DNA from: a virus
Taxonomy: Duplodnaviria > Caudoviricetes
DNA: 57,564 nt
IMG/VR virus record: IMGVR_UViG_3300004816_000007
Span: 1 to 57,564 of that record
Strand: one strand, 5' to 3'
Below, piece after piece: positions 1-9,466 of the stretch. The translations under genes were made by a program, and so were the position numbers. Position 1 is the stretch's first letter, and the number at the start of each line of letters is the position of its first letter. The notes beneath the pieces are model-generated. The model worked only from the letters and a program-made list of their open reading frames with translations, was not told where the DNA came from and did no database searches.

Positions 1-31
1 AATATTAAATTAATGAAAAAGAGGTATAGAA

Positions 32-883
32 ATGTTATATATAGACAGAAGAAAAGAAATATTATCTTTAATTACTCAAAATGGTTCTGTAAAAGTTAAT
101 GATTTGGCAAAAAAATATGAAGTAGGAGAGGCTACTATACGAAGAGATCTTAAATTTCTATCAGAAAAATATGGCGTAGAGCTAACCTATGGTGGAGCTT
201 TTCTAAATGAAATAGACAATTATAAGCAAATAGCTGAAATGAATATTAATAAAAAAAGAACTAATGCTATTTTAGGAGATAAGTTAAAAACTATATGGGG
301 TAAATCTTATATTTTAGACAGAATTGGAGATATAGAATTTAAAATATCACCAATGTCTTTCTATCAGGTTAATCCTGTTCAAACGGAGAAATTATATAAT
401 AAGGTATTAGAATTTGCAGATTTATCAGGGGATGAAATAATCTGGGATGCATACTGTGGAATTGGAACAATAACGTTATTTCTTGCTAAACAAGCAAAAA
501 AAGTTTATGGGGTTGAAATTGTTCCAGATGCTATAAAAAATGCGAAGGAAAATGCTAAAGTAAACAATATAGAAAATACTGAATTTTTTGTTGGAAAAGC
601 CGAAGACGTAATAACTGAACAATTTAATAATAATAAAATAAAGCCAGATATAATAGTTGTTGATCCTCCAAGAAAAGGGTGTGATAAAAAACTATTAGAT
701 ACAATGATTAAAATGAGTCCGAAAAAAATAATCTACGTTTCCTGTGATCCTGCAACATTAGCAAGGGATGTAAAGGTACTAGTAGAAAATGGGTATTTGC
801 TGGAAGTAGTACAACCAGTTGATATGTTTCCACAGACGGTGCATGTGGAGACGGTGGTATTGATGTCAAGGGTTGAGAAATAG
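32..883 (+). CDS. rlmD: Chimeric ORF: DeoR-type HTH N-terminus fused to the C-terminal catalytic half of 23S rRNA (uracil-5)-methyltransferase RlmD/RumA; last codons supplied by the prophage
   Basis: aa 1-60 DeoR pattern (RRKEIL...SVKVNDLA...[10 protein letters not shown]...TYGGA); from ~aa 72 RlmD motifs [45 protein letters not shown]. Confidence 0.8.
   Translation: MLYIDRRKEILSLITQNGSVKVNDLAKKYEVGEATIRRDLKFLSEKYGVELTYGGAFLNEIDNYKQIAEMNINKKRTNAILGDKLKTIWGKSYILDRIGDIEFKISPMSFYQVNPVQTEKLYNKVLEFADLSGDEIIWDAYCGIGTITLFLAKQAKKVYGVEIVPDAIKNAKENAKVNNIENTEFFVGKAEDVITEQFNNNKIKPDIIVVDPPRKGCDKKLLDTMIKMSPKKIIYVSCDPATLARDVKVLVENGYLLEVVQPVDMFPQTVHVETVVLMSRVEK
842..869 (+). other. Left attachment junction (att site) in rlmD 3' end
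   Basis: CATGTGGAGACGGTGGTATTGATGTCAA; this arm is an imperfect inverted repeat of 53567-53593. Confidence 0.8.
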
Positions 884-1000
884 AAAGATTGAAAGTATAG
901 AAAATAAGGGGTTTTGTATATTTTGCTGATTTGCAGAATGGCAGAAACCCTTATAAATAGTTGATTTGTGGGAATATATCCACTGTGAAAAAGTCGCATA

Positions 1001-1069
1001 GTTGAGTAGACAAGTTAGATTTTGGATAGGTTGAGTAGATGGGATTGTTGTAAAAGTAAGTTGAGTTAA
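1001..1069 (+). repeat. Three GTTGAGT direct repeats at ~30-bp spacing just inside the left junction
   Basis: GTTGAGTAGA 1001, GTTGAGTAGA 1030, GTTGAGTTAA 1060. Confidence 0.55.
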
Positions 1070-1279
1070 AGATTATTTTTGGGTAAATTGTGGTAAGGGA
1101 TGTACCTAAACTAAAAAAGTAAAAGGTAATCTTTTTTACAAGAATAAGTTGTTCTGTTTTATTTAGGTTACTTTCTCTTTGTATTGAGATATAGTGCTTT
1201 TTTAGAATCTTTTTAATATTAATAAGTATAAATGATTTGTTTTAAAACAAGATGGAGAGCATATCAAAAATTAATTAGC

Positions 1280-1308
1280 TTGACATTATACGCAATTGCG
1301 TATAAAAT
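1280..1308 (+). promoter_or_regulatory. Sigma70-type promoter with a 20-bp palindromic operator in the spacer
   Basis: TTGACA 1280-1285, 17 nt, TAAAAT 1303-1308; perfect palindrome TTATACGCAATTGCGTATAA 1286-1305. Confidence 0.8.
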
Positions 1309-1337
1309 AAAAATTGATTTATTATAGGGGGCGAAGT

Positions 1338-1517
1338 ATGGAGTATTTATCAGTTAAAGAAACAGCACAAAAGTGGAATATTTCAGTAAGACGTATTCAA
1401 GCTTTGTGTGAACAAGGTAGAATAGAAGGCGCAATGAAAGTAGGTAATGCTTACATAATTCCCAATAATTCACATAAACCAGAAGATAGAAGAAAAAAGA
1501 ATAATAATATCAAATAA
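1338..1517 (+). CDS. Small HTH_17/excisionase-like DNA-binding protein, probable regulator of the methyltransferase operon
   Basis: MEYLSVKETAQKWNISVRRIQALCEQGRIEGA.KVG.AYIIP pattern; ATG 1338 after GGGGG. Confidence 0.8.
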   Translation: MEYLSVKETAQKWNISVRRIQALCEQGRIEGAMKVGNAYIIPNNSHKPEDRRKKNNNIK

Positions 1518-1539
1518 ATTTAAAAGAGGGATAAATAAA

Positions 1540-2691
1540 ATGTATAAAACGATTGATTTGTTTGCAGGTATAGGTGGAATAAGAAGAGGGTACGAGATGA
1601 CAGGGAAATTTGAGAATGTATTATCAGCTGAAATTGATAAATATGCTTGCATTACTTATGAACATATATATGATGAAAACCCTTATAATGATGTTACTTC
1701 AGAAGAGTTTAAAGAAAAGGTTGCAAATATTAAATATGATACTTTACTGGCTGGGTTCCCATGTCAAGCATTCAGTAGAGCTGGTAAACAAGAAGGTTTT
1801 TTGGATAGTACAAGAGGAACCTTATTCTTCGATGTCGCAGAAATAATAAAAAGAACAAGACCAAAGACTTTTATGCTAGAGAACGTAGACAATTTACTAA
1901 GTCATGATAAAGGAAACACTTTTAAGGTAATATTAGAGGTGCTTATTAATGAGTTGGATTACAAAATAGTAGGTGTTGAGAAAAATGCAGATGGTAAACT
2001 AATATATGATAATAAAAACTTCATAAGAAATTCTAGAAATTTCGGAATTCCACAAAATAGACCTAGAGTATATATTATGGGCTTTAATAGAAAGTATTTT
2101 GGAAATCAAGTTGATAATTTACCACAAAAGAATTTACCTCAAAAAAGAGATGGAAGTCCAATTTATAGAGATTTAAATGATTTGTTAGAATTTGGTGCAC
2201 CTCCAGAATTTTATGTTGCACAAGGTTATTTAGATACTTTAAAAAGGCATAGAAATAGACATGAAGGGAAAGGAAATGGATTTGGGTATATGGTAGTAAA
2301 CGAACCTAGTATTAAAAATCCCTATTCAAATGCTATTTTGGCTACAGGAGGTTCAGGAAAAGAACGTAATTTAGTATATGACCCACAAGAGGGAATTGCT
2401 GGAAAAATATTAAAAGGAAAACGAACACCTTTAAATAATGAGAATATCCGCCATATGACACCTACAGAGTGGGGTAAATTGCAAGGTTTTATAGGTTATG
2501 CATTTATTAATAAATTTGGTGAAGATAAGTTTACATTTCCACCCAATGTAAGTAAAACACAACTTTATAAACAATTTGGGAATTCTGTAACTATTCCCGT
2601 AATAGAACAAATGGCATTATATATGAATAATTGTCTTGAATTTTTGGAAACAAAGAAGAATCAAAGGGATATATATGAAAACGCAATTTAA
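1540..2691 (+). CDS. DNA cytosine-5 methyltransferase (M1)
   Basis: Motifs DLFAGIGG, AGFPCQAFS, LENV, PQNRPRVY, YKQFGNSV. Confidence 0.95.
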   Translation: MYKTIDLFAGIGGIRRGYEMTGKFENVLSAEIDKYACITYEHIYDENPYNDVTSEEFKEKVANIKYDTLLAGFPCQAFSRAGKQEGFLDSTRGTLFFDVAEIIKRTRPKTFMLENVDNLLSHDKGNTFKVILEVLINELDYKIVGVEKNADGKLIYDNKNFIRNSRNFGIPQNRPRVYIMGFNRKYFGNQVDNLPQKNLPQKRDGSPIYRDLNDLLEFGAPPEFYVAQGYLDTLKRHRNRHEGKGNGFGYMVVNEPSIKNPYSNAILATGGSGKERNLVYDPQEGIAGKILKGKRTPLNNENIRHMTPTEWGKLQGFIGYAFINKFGEDKFTFPPNVSKTQLYKQFGNSVTIPVIEQMALYMNNCLEFLETKKNQRDIYENAI

Positions 2692-3514
2692 ATTTATTGA
2701 TTTATTTGCGGGAATAGGCGGCTTCCATCTTGGTTTAACAACGTGTGGTGGAGAATGTGTTATGGCGTGTGAAATAGATGCTGTAGCAAAAGAAACATAC
2801 TATAAAAATTATGGAATTATGCCATTTGGAGATATTTGTAATCTGTCTTCTGCGAGCCTTCCTGATTATGATCTATTATGTGCAGGATTCCCCTGTCAAC
2901 CATTCAGCAATATTGGAAATAAGGAAGGATTAGACGATCCTAGAGGAGCATTAATTTTTGAAGTTATTAGGATAATAACTGAAAGTAAGCCAAAATCGTT
3001 TTTGTTGGAGAATGTTAAAGGTTTACTTACTCATGATAAAGGTAAGACTTTCAGTAAAATTTACAATTTACTTAATGCCTGTGGTTATGATATATCTTAC
3101 AAAGTTCTAGAAGCAAAGGACTTTGGTATACCACAGATAAGAAAAAGACTTTTCATAGTAGGGATAAGAAAAGATTTAAATATCTGCTTTGAATTTCCTA
3201 TTCCTACAGGGTGTGAAAAAAAATTATCTGATATATTAAGGGGAAAAACAGAGAGAGAATTTGCTTATACTATTCGAATAGGTGGTAGACATTCAGGTAT
3301 AGATAACAAGTTTAATTGGGATTGTTATAAAGTTGATAATGAGCTTAGATATTTAACAATAGAAGAATGTTTACAACTCCAAGGTTTCCCAAGAAATTTT
3401 TATTTAGCAGGTAATCAAAGTTTAAAGTATAAGCAAGTTGGGAATGCAGTGCCCACCGTTGTAGTAGAGGCAATTGGAAAACAATTATGTAAATATAATA
3501 TATATAAATATTAA
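2675..3514 (+). CDS. DNA cytosine-5 methyltransferase (M2)
   Basis: DLFAGIGG, AGFPCQPFS, LENVKG, PQIRKRLF, LQGFP, YKQVGNAV; start reassigned to ATG 2675. Confidence 0.95.
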   Translation: MKTQFKFIDLFAGIGGFHLGLTTCGGECVMACEIDAVAKETYYKNYGIMPFGDICNLSSASLPDYDLLCAGFPCQPFSNIGNKEGLDDPRGALIFEVIRIITESKPKSFLLENVKGLLTHDKGKTFSKIYNLLNACGYDISYKVLEAKDFGIPQIRKRLFIVGIRKDLNICFEFPIPTGCEKKLSDILRGKTEREFAYTIRIGGRHSGIDNKFNWDCYKVDNELRYLTIEECLQLQGFPRNFYLAGNQSLKYKQVGNAVPTVVVEAIGKQLCKYNIYKY

Positions 3515-3552
3515 ACCAAACCGACTTAAATTAATGAGTTGGTTTGGTTTAA
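3511..3552. terminator. Bidirectional hairpin terminator between convergent genes
   Basis: TTAAACCAAACCGACT ... AGTTGGTTTGGTTTAA inverted repeat. Confidence 0.75.
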
Positions 3553-3560
3553 AAATACAT

Positions 3561-4340
3561 TTATTTGTGTGCTCTTATATGAAGTGCTCCTCTATAATTG
3601 CCGCTATGATATTGAGTCCAACGACCTATGCTTGCTGCATTAGGTTTGCAATAGGTATTTTTATCATAGTTTGAAGGCATTCCCTTTTTAGCTCTTATAC
3701 TAAATATTAACTTGTCCCAAATATTATCTACAGCTTTATCTGGAGTTAAAATATTCCAAGTATGCGGATTGTCAGGTTGAATATAGTCAAGTATGTATTT
3801 AGCAGGATGTTTTGAAGGTCCCCTGCCAGACCCAATAAATAAAAAATACTCCAACACAGGCTTAAGAATATGTTTTGCATTTCTAAAAGGCGAGTTAATA
3901 TCAGAATTTCTAATATCTTCTGTAATTATCCCTTTAAATCGCAACTCCCAATATTGGTCTACAAGAGTGTCAAGCTGGTTAATGTTTACTCCTACATAAT
4001 TGCATGCAGTTTCAAATCCAGGACGTGCAGTATGATTAACCAGTGCAGGTGGTGCAGCTGAAAAAGATTTTAAAGAATAACCTTCTTGGTTTATATAAAC
4101 ATCGCTTTTATCGAATACACCTGCTTTTGTGATTCCGAGCATATTTGACAAATTACTTAATTGGATATCACTTAATAGACTAAAATTATTTGGCATACCA
4201 TTAGGTATTGACTTGTATTCTGAATTAGCAAAACCAACACTTCTAATGGGCATACCGTTAAATTTTAATCCATTATCTCTCATTAAAACTAAATAAAGTT
4301 TAATTAATAGTTCATCTCTTTCTCCTGAATTCATGTTCAT
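3561..4340 (-). CDS. Putative type II restriction endonuclease
   Basis: KSDVYIN...GYSLKS resembles a PD-(D/E)xK-variant active site; adjacent to C5 MTases. Confidence 0.6.
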   Translation of the reverse strand: MNMNSGERDELLIKLYLVLMRDNGLKFNGMPIRSVGFANSEYKSIPNGMPNNFSLLSDIQLSNLSNMLGITKAGVFDKSDVYINQEGYSLKSFSAAPPALVNHTARPGFETACNYVGVNINQLDTLVDQYWELRFKGIITEDIRNSDINSPFRNAKHILKPVLEYFLFIGSGRGPSKHPAKYILDYIQPDNPHTWNILTPDKAVDNIWDKLIFSIRAKKGMPSNYDKNTYCKPNAASIGRWTQYHSGNYRGALHIRAHK

Positions 4341-4346
4341 TTCTCC

Positions 4347-5330
4347 TTATTTTTCAAATATTTGTATTTCTGATAAATATCTTTCTGGTGTTGTAAGAGT
4401 TTGCACAACATCAGAGTAAGCATCAATTGTTGGATCGTTAATAATGAATTTACTAATTCGTTCTATATGGTCGTTAGAATAGAAGAACCAGCCTTCAACA
4501 ATATCTAATTCCTTAGTACACACTTTAAATTCATTTTTCATTAGTACATCAAGGGTATTAATCAATTTTAATGAATTATTTAATTTTTCTTCTAAATTTT
4601 TTTTCTTTTTTATTGCTCTGGTAGAACAAGTTACTAAATCAGATTTATATTTTACTATTTTATTATTTAACCTTTCAATTTTCTTTTTAGTTCTATCATA
4701 CTTCAATGCAACCTCTGTATGCAATGGACATAGTAGATGTATACCATCAGGTAGTTCACCTCTTTTTCCAGAAACTCGTTCTATATCATGAGGCAATCCC
4801 CGTGAAGAAAATTGAAAAAGCCATATTCGGTAAACTTTTTTATCAATCATAAGTAAAACATCTGTGTGGTCGCCACTATCTTGCCTTGAATTTAGTTCTG
4901 TTGAAACAGCAAATCCATAATTTCTTAGTTTATTCTCAATTTGATATGCAAAGTCAGGTTCCCTAAGTAGCGATGTAAGAGTTCGCAATCCCCGGGCAAC
5001 TGCACCATTTATCTTTTCTATAGTAGTAGATGAATCTAATAATTTACTAATTATTGCCACTAGATATGTGACTGGTGTAAAATTATTATCATCTATTAAA
5101 TCATGAAATACTTCTGAATATGTAAATTTTAATCGTAAATTACCTTCTTCAGTTTTTGGAAGTCTTTCTGAAGCATATCCATTTATATTTTTATCTAATA
5201 TTCTTAATGATTGAAAACAAAGTTTAGTTTGATTTAGGAGAGTTTCATCTGTAATATTTAGTTCATTTAATGCTTCTCTGAAAGTTTTTGTATTCCATTC
5301 TTTACATTTGTCTCTAATATTTATCATCAT
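4347..5330 (-). CDS. Putative second restriction endonuclease with coiled-coil insertion
   Basis: LREPDF...DSGDHTDVLL...YRIWLFQ nuclease-like pattern; Lys-rich helical insert; RM context. Confidence 0.45.
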   Translation of the reverse strand: MMINIRDKCKEWNTKTFREALNELNITDETLLNQTKLCFQSLRILDKNINGYASERLPKTEEGNLRLKFTYSEVFHDLIDDNNFTPVTYLVAIISKLLDSSTTIEKINGAVARGLRTLTSLLREPDFAYQIENKLRNYGFAVSTELNSRQDSGDHTDVLLMIDKKVYRIWLFQFSSRGLPHDIERVSGKRGELPDGIHLLCPLHTEVALKYDRTKKKIERLNNKIVKYKSDLVTCSTRAIKKKKNLEEKLNNSLKLINTLDVLMKNEFKVCTKELDIVEGWFFYSNDHIERISKFIINDPTIDAYSDVVQTLTTPERYLSEIQIFEK

Positions 5331-5412
5331 GATTTTCTCCTTTTAAATTAATATTTTTAAAACTATGCCACGTAAGGGTGTTTTGAAATTTAACATAAAT
5401 AAATCTCCTGTA

Positions 5413-5619
5413 TCATTCCCTAATAGTTTCCATGATATCTTCTAGTTTACAGTTCAAAGTTTCACATATCTTAAGCAATACATCTGTTGTAATGTTATCA
5501 CCTCTGCCAAGCTTAGCTATGGAGGCAGAGCTTATTCCAGTGGCATTTTTTAAATCCTGTTTATTCATATTTTTATCAATTAACATTTTCCATAGTTTGT
5601 TGTAACTTATTCGTAGCAT
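5413..5619 (-). CDS. Xre/Cro-family HTH transcriptional regulator
   Basis: ISYNKLWKMLIDK.MNK.DL...GIS..SIAKLG......DVLLKIC..L.C...DIME. Confidence 0.9.
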   Translation of the reverse strand: MLRISYNKLWKMLIDKNMNKQDLKNATGISSASIAKLGRGDNITTDVLLKICETLNCKLEDIMETIRE

Positions 5620-5649
5620 TTTGCCACCTCCGTTTTAGGATTTATATTT

Positions 5650-7482
5650 TCAATCATGGTACACGTCATGTAAAAATCCATAACGGCTTTCATTATATTT
5701 ACTTTTATATTTGTCTTGTGTAAATTCAATTACTTTAGCACCTGCCGCTTCATAATCTAAGTCTGGTAGGTCTTTTGTATTTTCTATAACTATTGTTTGT
5801 CCTTCAGATTGATTGTCAATAAAGTATTGGAATAAGGCAGTTCTCATACTCGTAGGTGCATTATCTTTAACACCTTGATCCAAACCAAGTAAAGGGGTAT
5901 CTACTACAAAGATTCCTGGTTTATAGACAGCACTTTCTTGCAAATACCGTCTAAAGGTTAACCCTAACACAGTATTGATAAATGCCCAATAGCCCTTACC
6001 GTGACTATCTTCTTTAGTGAAACCATTAATTTCTAAATCAAAAGTCCCCATGTTGAAATGAGCAGTATTTAAATTCTCATATTTGCAGTCAGTTAGAATT
6101 GAAAATGCTATTTTGTCTATACGAGAATTAAAATCTACTGGGTAATGTTCTTTCGGCTTAAATTTATCTTTATCTAAATCTGCGTTTTTCTCCTGCTTTT
6201 GCAGTTCTGAAATCCAATCCTGTGAAACATTATGTAGAATAGTGGATTCTTGCTGTAATTGTGTATAAGTGTGATATTGTTGTATTCCTTCTCTTAATTT
6301 ATCTGCCTGCGGAGTAAGTTCTGTTTCAATCCATTTTTCAATATCAGCTCTTCGGGTTTCAAGGTAATTAATCTTTTCCTGAACTTCGTTTAAAGTTGAA
6401 ACAATATCATTTTCACTTTCGTTCAACCCTTGCAATTGTTTGATTATACGATTTAATTCAGCTCTTGATGCTTCAATATAAGATTTTCTTTGTGTCGGAC
6501 GGATACTTGCATTACAGAATGGACATTTTTTATTCTTGTCTATAGACTGTAAATGTACTTCTCCATCTACGATAAAGGTAAGTCTTTTTATATCAGCTGT
6601 ATATTGTGTTTTCAACGATTGAAAGTGTGAATGAGTTACTTTAGTTTCTGCCTCTTGTTCTTTAAAAGTTAGTAAAGTGCTGAGTAGATCTTTGCTTTCT
6701 TCTGTGGCAGCTGCGATAGCTTCTTCGGTTTGGGAGAGGTTATCAATTAATTTTTGCATCTCTTCTTCGATATCTAAATCGCCATAAACAGATAGCGCTT
6801 TTTTTAATTCTTCTCTTTTTTTAGACATTTGAGAAATTCTACCATTAACAAATTGTCGAACCGCATCCTTTTTAGCTTTGCTAATTTCATCCTTATCTTG
6901 TTCTTCTATATTTGGATAATCATTGCCAGTGAGAAGATATAATAGGGATGCAAAAAAATAAGGGTATTGCGTAGGTGATGTAGGTAAAAGGACAGACTTT
7001 GGATTTTCAATATCCTGTTCTTTTAACCAAAAGAGTCTTATAAGAGTATTCCATTTTAGACGTTGCCTAGCAAAATCTTGGTTTTTTATTATCATTGGCA
7101 GAGTATCAATACCTATTAGCTTGAGCCATAGTTCATTTAAGACTGGTTTCTTATTTCCGTTGCTTTTATATTCAATGTCATAGTCACCATCATCAATTGA
7201 AGCAATTTCAGTAACCACGTTTACTATATTTTTTCCAAGCGTTCGGGAAAGATGAATAGAGCCTTTTGGAGTCATAATGTCTAGACTAACACTATCATAT
7301 CCTGTTTGTTTTTTCTCAAAAGGTTTTTTGATTACCCCCATAGCAAATTGTATGCATTTTAATACACAGGTCTTTCCAGAATCAGAAACACCACAGATGA
7401 GATTTAACCCCTTATTAAATGTTACTGAAGCAGGTGATTTCTCCGAGCCAGTTGCTGTAACTTTAGTTATATAAAATGCCAT
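5650..7482 (-). CDS. SMC/Rad50-like ABC ATPase of an ABC three-component (Lamassu-like) system
   Basis: Walker A GVSDSGKT, long coiled coils with central CPFC hook, Walker B FVVDTP. Confidence 0.85.
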   Translation of the reverse strand: MAFYITKVTATGSEKSPASVTFNKGLNLICGVSDSGKTCVLKCIQFAMGVIKKPFEKKQTGYDSVSLDIMTPKGSIHLSRTLGKNIVNVVTEIASIDDGDYDIEYKSNGNKKPVLNELWLKLIGIDTLPMIIKNQDFARQRLKWNTLIRLFWLKEQDIENPKSVLLPTSPTQYPYFFASLLYLLTGNDYPNIEEQDKDEISKAKKDAVRQFVNGRISQMSKKREELKKALSVYGDLDIEEEMQKLIDNLSQTEEAIAAATEESKDLLSTLLTFKEQEAETKVTHSHFQSLKTQYTADIKRLTFIVDGEVHLQSIDKNKKCPFCNASIRPTQRKSYIEASRAELNRIIKQLQGLNESENDIVSTLNEVQEKINYLETRRADIEKWIETELTPQADKLREGIQQYHTYTQLQQESTILHNVSQDWISELQKQEKNADLDKDKFKPKEHYPVDFNSRIDKIAFSILTDCKYENLNTAHFNMGTFDLEINGFTKEDSHGKGYWAFINTVLGLTFRRYLQESAVYKPGIFVVDTPLLGLDQGVKDNAPTSMRTALFQYFIDNQSEGQTIVIENTKDLPDLDYEAAGAKVIEFTQDKYKSKYNESRYGFLHDVYHD

Positions 7483-7488
7483 TTGGGA

Positions 7489-7941
7489 TTACTCCTTTCT
7501 TATTGATTTAGAGGCTTTTCGGCTAATCAAGTTAAGAAGCTCTTTTTCGTTTTTTGAGTCCATATATACGATGGCTTTCTGAGCCTGTAATCTGTATTCA
7601 ATCGCATAATCTGAGGTCAGTGAACCACTTAATGCTTGTCCACGTTCTGAAATAGAGTATTGGAAGCCGTCCTTTGAATATGAAACTTTTATCATGTTTT
7701 CAAGCACAAGTTGTTTTATTGCATCTTGTGCCAAAGCTCTCCTTGTAGAAAATTCGGAAAAGCTAAACTCATTATCACCATGAAGATTACTATTAGAAAG
7801 ACCAAACTCTTTTGAATAATTGGAAATGAAATCTGCTGTAGCTAGTTTATCTAATGTGAATCTCTTATTTTCTGATATAGATAAGACAAGTAACAATCTC
7901 ATGGATATTTCAAATATTGTATTAAAAACTGTGTTATTCAT
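7489..7941 (-). CDS. ABC three-component system middle component
   Basis: FNT.FE...R.L..L / DF....F...NLHG...F...EF..RR pattern; sits between CTD gene and ABC ATPase; start uncertain (7941-7968). Confidence 0.7.
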   Translation of the reverse strand: MNNTVFNTIFEISMRLLLVLSISENKRFTLDKLATADFISNYSKEFGLSNSNLHGDNEFSFSEFSTRRALAQDAIKQLVLENMIKVSYSKDGFQYSISERGQALSGSLTSDYAIEYRLQAQKAIVYMDSKNEKELLNLISRKASKSIRKE

Positions 7942-8926
7942 CTTCATCCACCCAACGAATGCAACCATCGTTTACCAATAGATGACATGTTCCTTTCTTT
8001 TCTTTTGGACCTACAAGGTTTTGAAGATTCTCTAAAACAGATGTGGTAGAGCAATCCACTACTTTTTTCATTACGGCTAACAGTCTCTTATATCCATCAT
8101 CATAGTCATCCCAGAGTGTATCTTTAATATAATCATGTGTTTCAGATTTCCACTTTTTCGCATGTGCCTCTCCTTTTTCAAAGGATTCCCGAATAAAACG
8201 GTCAATACGTATGGCACTATAATAATTGATCCGTTGATCAGAAAAGTTTCTTCTATATTTCATAGGCAAAGAGTTTAAATCAGCTTTTGTCAATTTACCA
8301 GATTCTATAGCCTCTGCATAAGCGGCAAGAAGTTCACAGACATATTTTTCTTCTTCTGGAGCAATATCTTGCGGAGGTTCAATCTCTTTTGGAATAGATA
8401 TTTCAACACTTCCGATATGTAATTTACCATCAGATTCATCATAATAAATAGTTTGTGGTGGTAAAGAATTTACTTTGGCAGGGAGGGTTGAATTAGTGAT
8501 ACTAGATGATTCCCTACCTTCATAAATATCATCTAAAATTTGAAGGAATAAATCAGCACAGGCATAACCTAAATCTTCGTCAGAATTAAAATCTGGAACC
8601 ATTGTTCGCAATTCGTTTTCAATAGCCATTTGATTGTGCTCGTTAAGCTCATTTATATACTTTGCGAATTTATCTGTATTTTTGTGGCTGATAACTATAT
8701 GTACTTTCTTTTGATTTAAAGGGTTAGTACCTTTAAATAAACGATCTAGGGAATCTGGTGCAAGTGTTTCAAAAGGATTATATTTTCCATCTTCAGATAG
8801 TTTTATTTCTTCTATTGATTGAGGGTTTCTCATAATATTGTCTACAAGTAACAGAAAAAATTCATGTGGTTTAAACGTTGTATCACTATGTTTAAATAAT
8901 ATATTCGCAAATTCACTAAAGAGCAT
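7934..8926 (-). CDS. ABC three-component system CTD-containing protein with helical, possibly DNA-binding, N-terminus
   Basis: C-terminal EE.YV.ELL.AY..., F.DQR..YYSA, DGY.RL..V, KKG.CH.LVND..I.WV; first gene of the three-gene operon. Confidence 0.7.
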   Translation of the reverse strand: MLFSEFANILFKHSDTTFKPHEFFLLLVDNIMRNPQSIEEIKLSEDGKYNPFETLAPDSLDRLFKGTNPLNQKKVHIVISHKNTDKFAKYINELNEHNQMAIENELRTMVPDFNSDEDLGYACADLFLQILDDIYEGRESSSITNSTLPAKVNSLPPQTIYYDESDGKLHIGSVEISIPKEIEPPQDIAPEEEKYVCELLAAYAEAIESGKLTKADLNSLPMKYRRNFSDQRINYYSAIRIDRFIRESFEKGEAHAKKWKSETHDYIKDTLWDDYDDGYKRLLAVMKKVVDCSTTSVLENLQNLVGPKEKKGTCHLLVNDGCIRWVDEDE

Positions 8927-8949
8927 TATCTACCACCTCCAACTATATT

Positions 8950-8979
8950 TCCGAATCATTCCGAACTTCTCCGAGTCCT
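8950..8979. promoter_or_regulatory. Three TCCGA boxes in 10-bp phase, candidate operator
   Basis: TCCGAATCAT TCCGAACTTC TCCGAGTCCT directly upstream of the 8926 start. Confidence 0.5.
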
Positions 8980-9214
8980 TCCTTAATGGATGGACTTTTT
9001 TTTGTACAATTTTATTAGTGATTAAGTGATATGGAGAAGAAATTGCAATATTTTAAAGTCTTTTAAGATTATAGCACGAAAATTTATATTTTACCAGAGG
9101 AAAAGTTTACGATTGCAAATACATTAACAGAATTTGTCGAATTTTTCTTCAATAAGATATCCAGTGCTTGAATTTAATAAAGGTCAATCATGATAAAGAA
9201 AGTAGGTGGAAAAA

Positions 9215-9358
9215 ATGGTGTAACATAATACATCTCAAACATCTAAGAGAATTGCATCAAAAGCTAATAAACATCTCAGTAATGGATGTTACAGCAAAAA
9301 TTTCTAATTGGTTGCTAACGGTATTTTAAGTCAATCAAGATCAAGCGGAAACAAATAG
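9215..9358 (+). pseudogene. Degraded small basic phage protein gene
   Basis: SD-like AGGTGG then ATG GTG TAA, followed by HNTSQTSKRIASKANKHL..G.YSK and frameshifted LVANGILSQSRS*, resembling small QTS..VAS.AS..L...S..A..LSQ proteins. Confidence 0.4.
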
Positions 9359-9466
9359 TTTTCAATTTAAATTGATAGGCAGAGACAGATTTGAAAAATC
9401 AGCCTTGCCTATCCACAAAAAGCAGTAATAAAAAGAGCGGTTAACGCTTAACAAAATAAATCTCAA

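Noticed and set aside
1001-1069. Regularly spaced repeats as a mini-CRISPR
   Set aside because: Repeats are only 7-10 bp with ~20-bp gaps, too short for CRISPR
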